Assembly: GCA_038821645.1 (NCBI GenBank)
Contig: JAWBDT010000003.1
Span: 1 to 41,923, forward strand
DNA from: Ignisphaera sp.
Lineage (GTDB): Archaea; Thermoproteota; Thermoprotei_A; Sulfolobales; Ignisphaeraceae
Direction: 5' to 3'
Length of the DNA stretch: 41,923 nucleotides
Below the pieces are notes generated by a model. The model saw only the letters and a program-made list of their open reading frames with translations, did no database searches and was not told the DNA's origin. Position numbers and translations under genes: made by a program. Positions 40,461-41,923 of this stretch are shown piece after piece (the first letter of the stretch is position 1; each line of letters starts with the position of its first letter).

Positions 40461-41314
40461 ATCACATCCCGAAGCTTATCCATATACAGTAAAATGTCTA
40501 CAAATGTCTGTAGTTCTTCAAAATCTATACCAAGTCTTTTTGAAAGCTCTATTTCAGCAGGAATCCCTAGACCATATCTATAGAGATTTTCAACAAATTC
40601 TATAGCTTCTCTAACTGATCCATCATAGATTATCTCACCGCTAGCTAGAACAATAAGTCTAGAGCTCGGTATTAGGGTAAGTAAATCTAAATCATGTGTA
40701 GATATCACTACTGTTGTTCTGTAATGATTATTGATCCTCTTAATCATATCTATGAAATTCTTCTTCAGTATATAATCAAGACCTGCAGTAGGTTCGTCTA
40801 GAAGTAATGCAGCGGGATTGTGTACAAGAGCAGATGCTATAACGACTCTTCGTACCTCTCCCTCGCTTAATGTGAATGGAGATCTATCTAGTAGATCCAC
40901 TATATCGAGTCTAGTAGCTATATCGAGAACGTTTTTCTCGATACGTTGTATATCCATACCCAGATTTCTAGCTGTAAAAGTTATCTCGTCTATAACCTTT
41001 GGATTAAATATATGGAACCATGGATTTTGATGAATATAGCCTATAAATTTAGCTAGAAATCCTTCAGAAACGTTCTTAGTGTTGTAGCCACATACATATA
41101 CATCACCTTTCTCGGGTCTAAGTATCCCAGAAAAAATCTTTAGTAGAGTAGACTTTCCAGCACCATTGGGACCCATAACTATAACTATCTCTCCTTGATC
41201 TATATCTAGAGACACATTTCTTAAAACATATCTATCTTCGTATCTAAACCATACATCTTCAGCCTTTAGAACAGCTCCATGTCTACAAGAATCACGATAA
41301 TCCTCTTTATCCAT
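40451..41314 (-). CDS. ECF transporter ATPase (second copy)
   Basis: GPNGAGKST, HQNP, LSEGE.RR, LLDEPTAGLD, STHD; likely start ATG 41314 after GGCGA, because the ORF-track start 41350 lies in an sRNA C' box. Confidence 0.88.
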   Translation of the reverse strand: MDKEDYRDSCRHGAVLKAEDVWFRYEDRYVLRNVSLDIDQGEIVIVMGPNGAGKSTLLKIFSGILRPEKGDVYVCGYNTKNVSEGFLAKFIGYIHQNPWFHIFNPKVIDEITFTARNLGMDIQRIEKNVLDIATRLDIVDLLDRSPFTLSEGEVRRVVIASALVHNPAALLLDEPTAGLDYILKKNFIDMIKRINNHYRTTVVISTHDLDLLTLIPSSRLIVLASGEIIYDGSVREAIEFVENLYRYGLGIPAEIELSKRLGIDFEELQTFVDILLYMDKLRDVICH

Positions 41315-41327
41315 ATCTGTCGCCCAA

Positions 41328-41377
41328 TCAGCTAGGGTGTCCAACATCATTTACTCAGATAGCTCGAAATTCATCAT
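41328..41377 (-). ncRNA. Box C/D 2'-O-methylation guide sRNA
   Basis: Minus strand: ATGATGA(C)-atttcgagctat(12 nt)-CTGA(D')-gtaa-ATGATGT(C')-tggacaccctag(12 nt)-CTGA(D). Confidence 0.85.
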
Positions 41378-41923
41378 GTTGTTCCGAATGTTTAATTACC
41401 TCTATATCTATACCGTTATTGTTGGGTCTCCATATATATACCCATTTAGGATTCGTAGTCATTACAGCTTCTACTGCATTATCAACAACATTTTTGTCTA
41501 TTAAAGCAAATAGCGCTTCACCAATCATATTCATTGATGCTCCTATAACTCCTTCAACTTTGTTTAGCAACTCTATGGTGTTTCTAACTGTTGGTGTCAT
41601 TATTTTTGACTCTATAGCAAACCTATAGCAATTATCTATAAAGGTTTCTGGGGTCGGGTTTAGCTCAATCTTCCTTAAAGTCTCTAGCCCAATTGCTCTG
41701 ACTTTCTCTAGATCTTCTAGATTAGTGAGTATAGTGTTTTTCGGTATGGGTTTATAAAAGGCTGTTAACGCTAAAAGAGAATCATCGATAGGTATACACA
41801 TTATCTCAGCATATCTAGGTCCCCCTGGTTTTCTCACAATCGTTATACCGTTACATGGCTTCATGATACCGACAACTGTTCCCAGACCTGTTTTACAGAC
41901 TATGTCTGCCTCATGAGCTATCT
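41355..41923 (-). CDS. Pantoate kinase (GHMP kinase family), 5' end outside the window
   Basis: Frame open to the window edge: IAHEADIVCKTGLGTV, R.PGGP, FA.E, ASMNMIGEALFA. Confidence 0.75.
   Translation of the reverse strand, partial: IAHEADIVCKTGLGTVVGIMKPCNGITIVRKPGGPRYAEIMCIPIDDSLLALTAFYKPIPKNTILTNLEDLEKVRAIGLETLRKIELNPTPETFIDNCYRFAIESKIMTPTVRNTIELLNKVEGVIGASMNMIGEALFALIDKNVVDNAVEAVMTTNPKWVYIWRPNNNGIDIEVIKHSEQHDEFRAI

Noticed and set aside
1331-41628. Many 60-126 aa ORFs antisense to well-supported genes (e.g. 1331-1609, 20241-20603, 31150-31488, 33148-33528)
   Set aside because: They overlap motif-supported CDSs on the other strand and show no motifs of their own
1-41923. CRISPR arrays, tRNA/rRNA genes, IS elements, integrases
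   Set aside because: No regularly spaced repeats, cloverleaf or GC-rich RNA-gene tracts, or transposase/integrase motifs were seen by eye

Overview
AT-rich archaeal chromosomal window of mostly housekeeping and metabolic genes. Archaeal-type TrpRS, PpcA, Sua5 and pantoate kinase, plus TATA boxes and GGTGA-type RBSs, point to a hyperthermophilic crenarchaeon; Desulfurococcales/Ignisphaera-like is an inference. About 36 CDS; no rRNA, tRNA, CRISPR or mobile element was seen. Highlights: (1) an operon that looks like leuA-leuC-leuD-leuB, but whose first gene resembles Re-citrate synthase and whose last carries isocitrate-type motifs; it lies near PEP carboxylase and suggests a 2-oxoglutarate/glutamate route using a two-subunit LeuCD-type aconitase; (2) a serA / class V aminotransferase / DUF89 operon in which DUF89 may replace SerB; (3) two box C/D guide sRNAs at gene junctions that the ORF track misses; (4) a vWA-FHA-Ser/Thr kinase (Arn-like) module; (5) a degenerate orphan lumazine synthase; (6) a split, convergent ECF module with a palindromic operator; (7) single-A frameshifts in a radical SAM gene and in serA. 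All family calls are motif recognition by eye; no database search was run.
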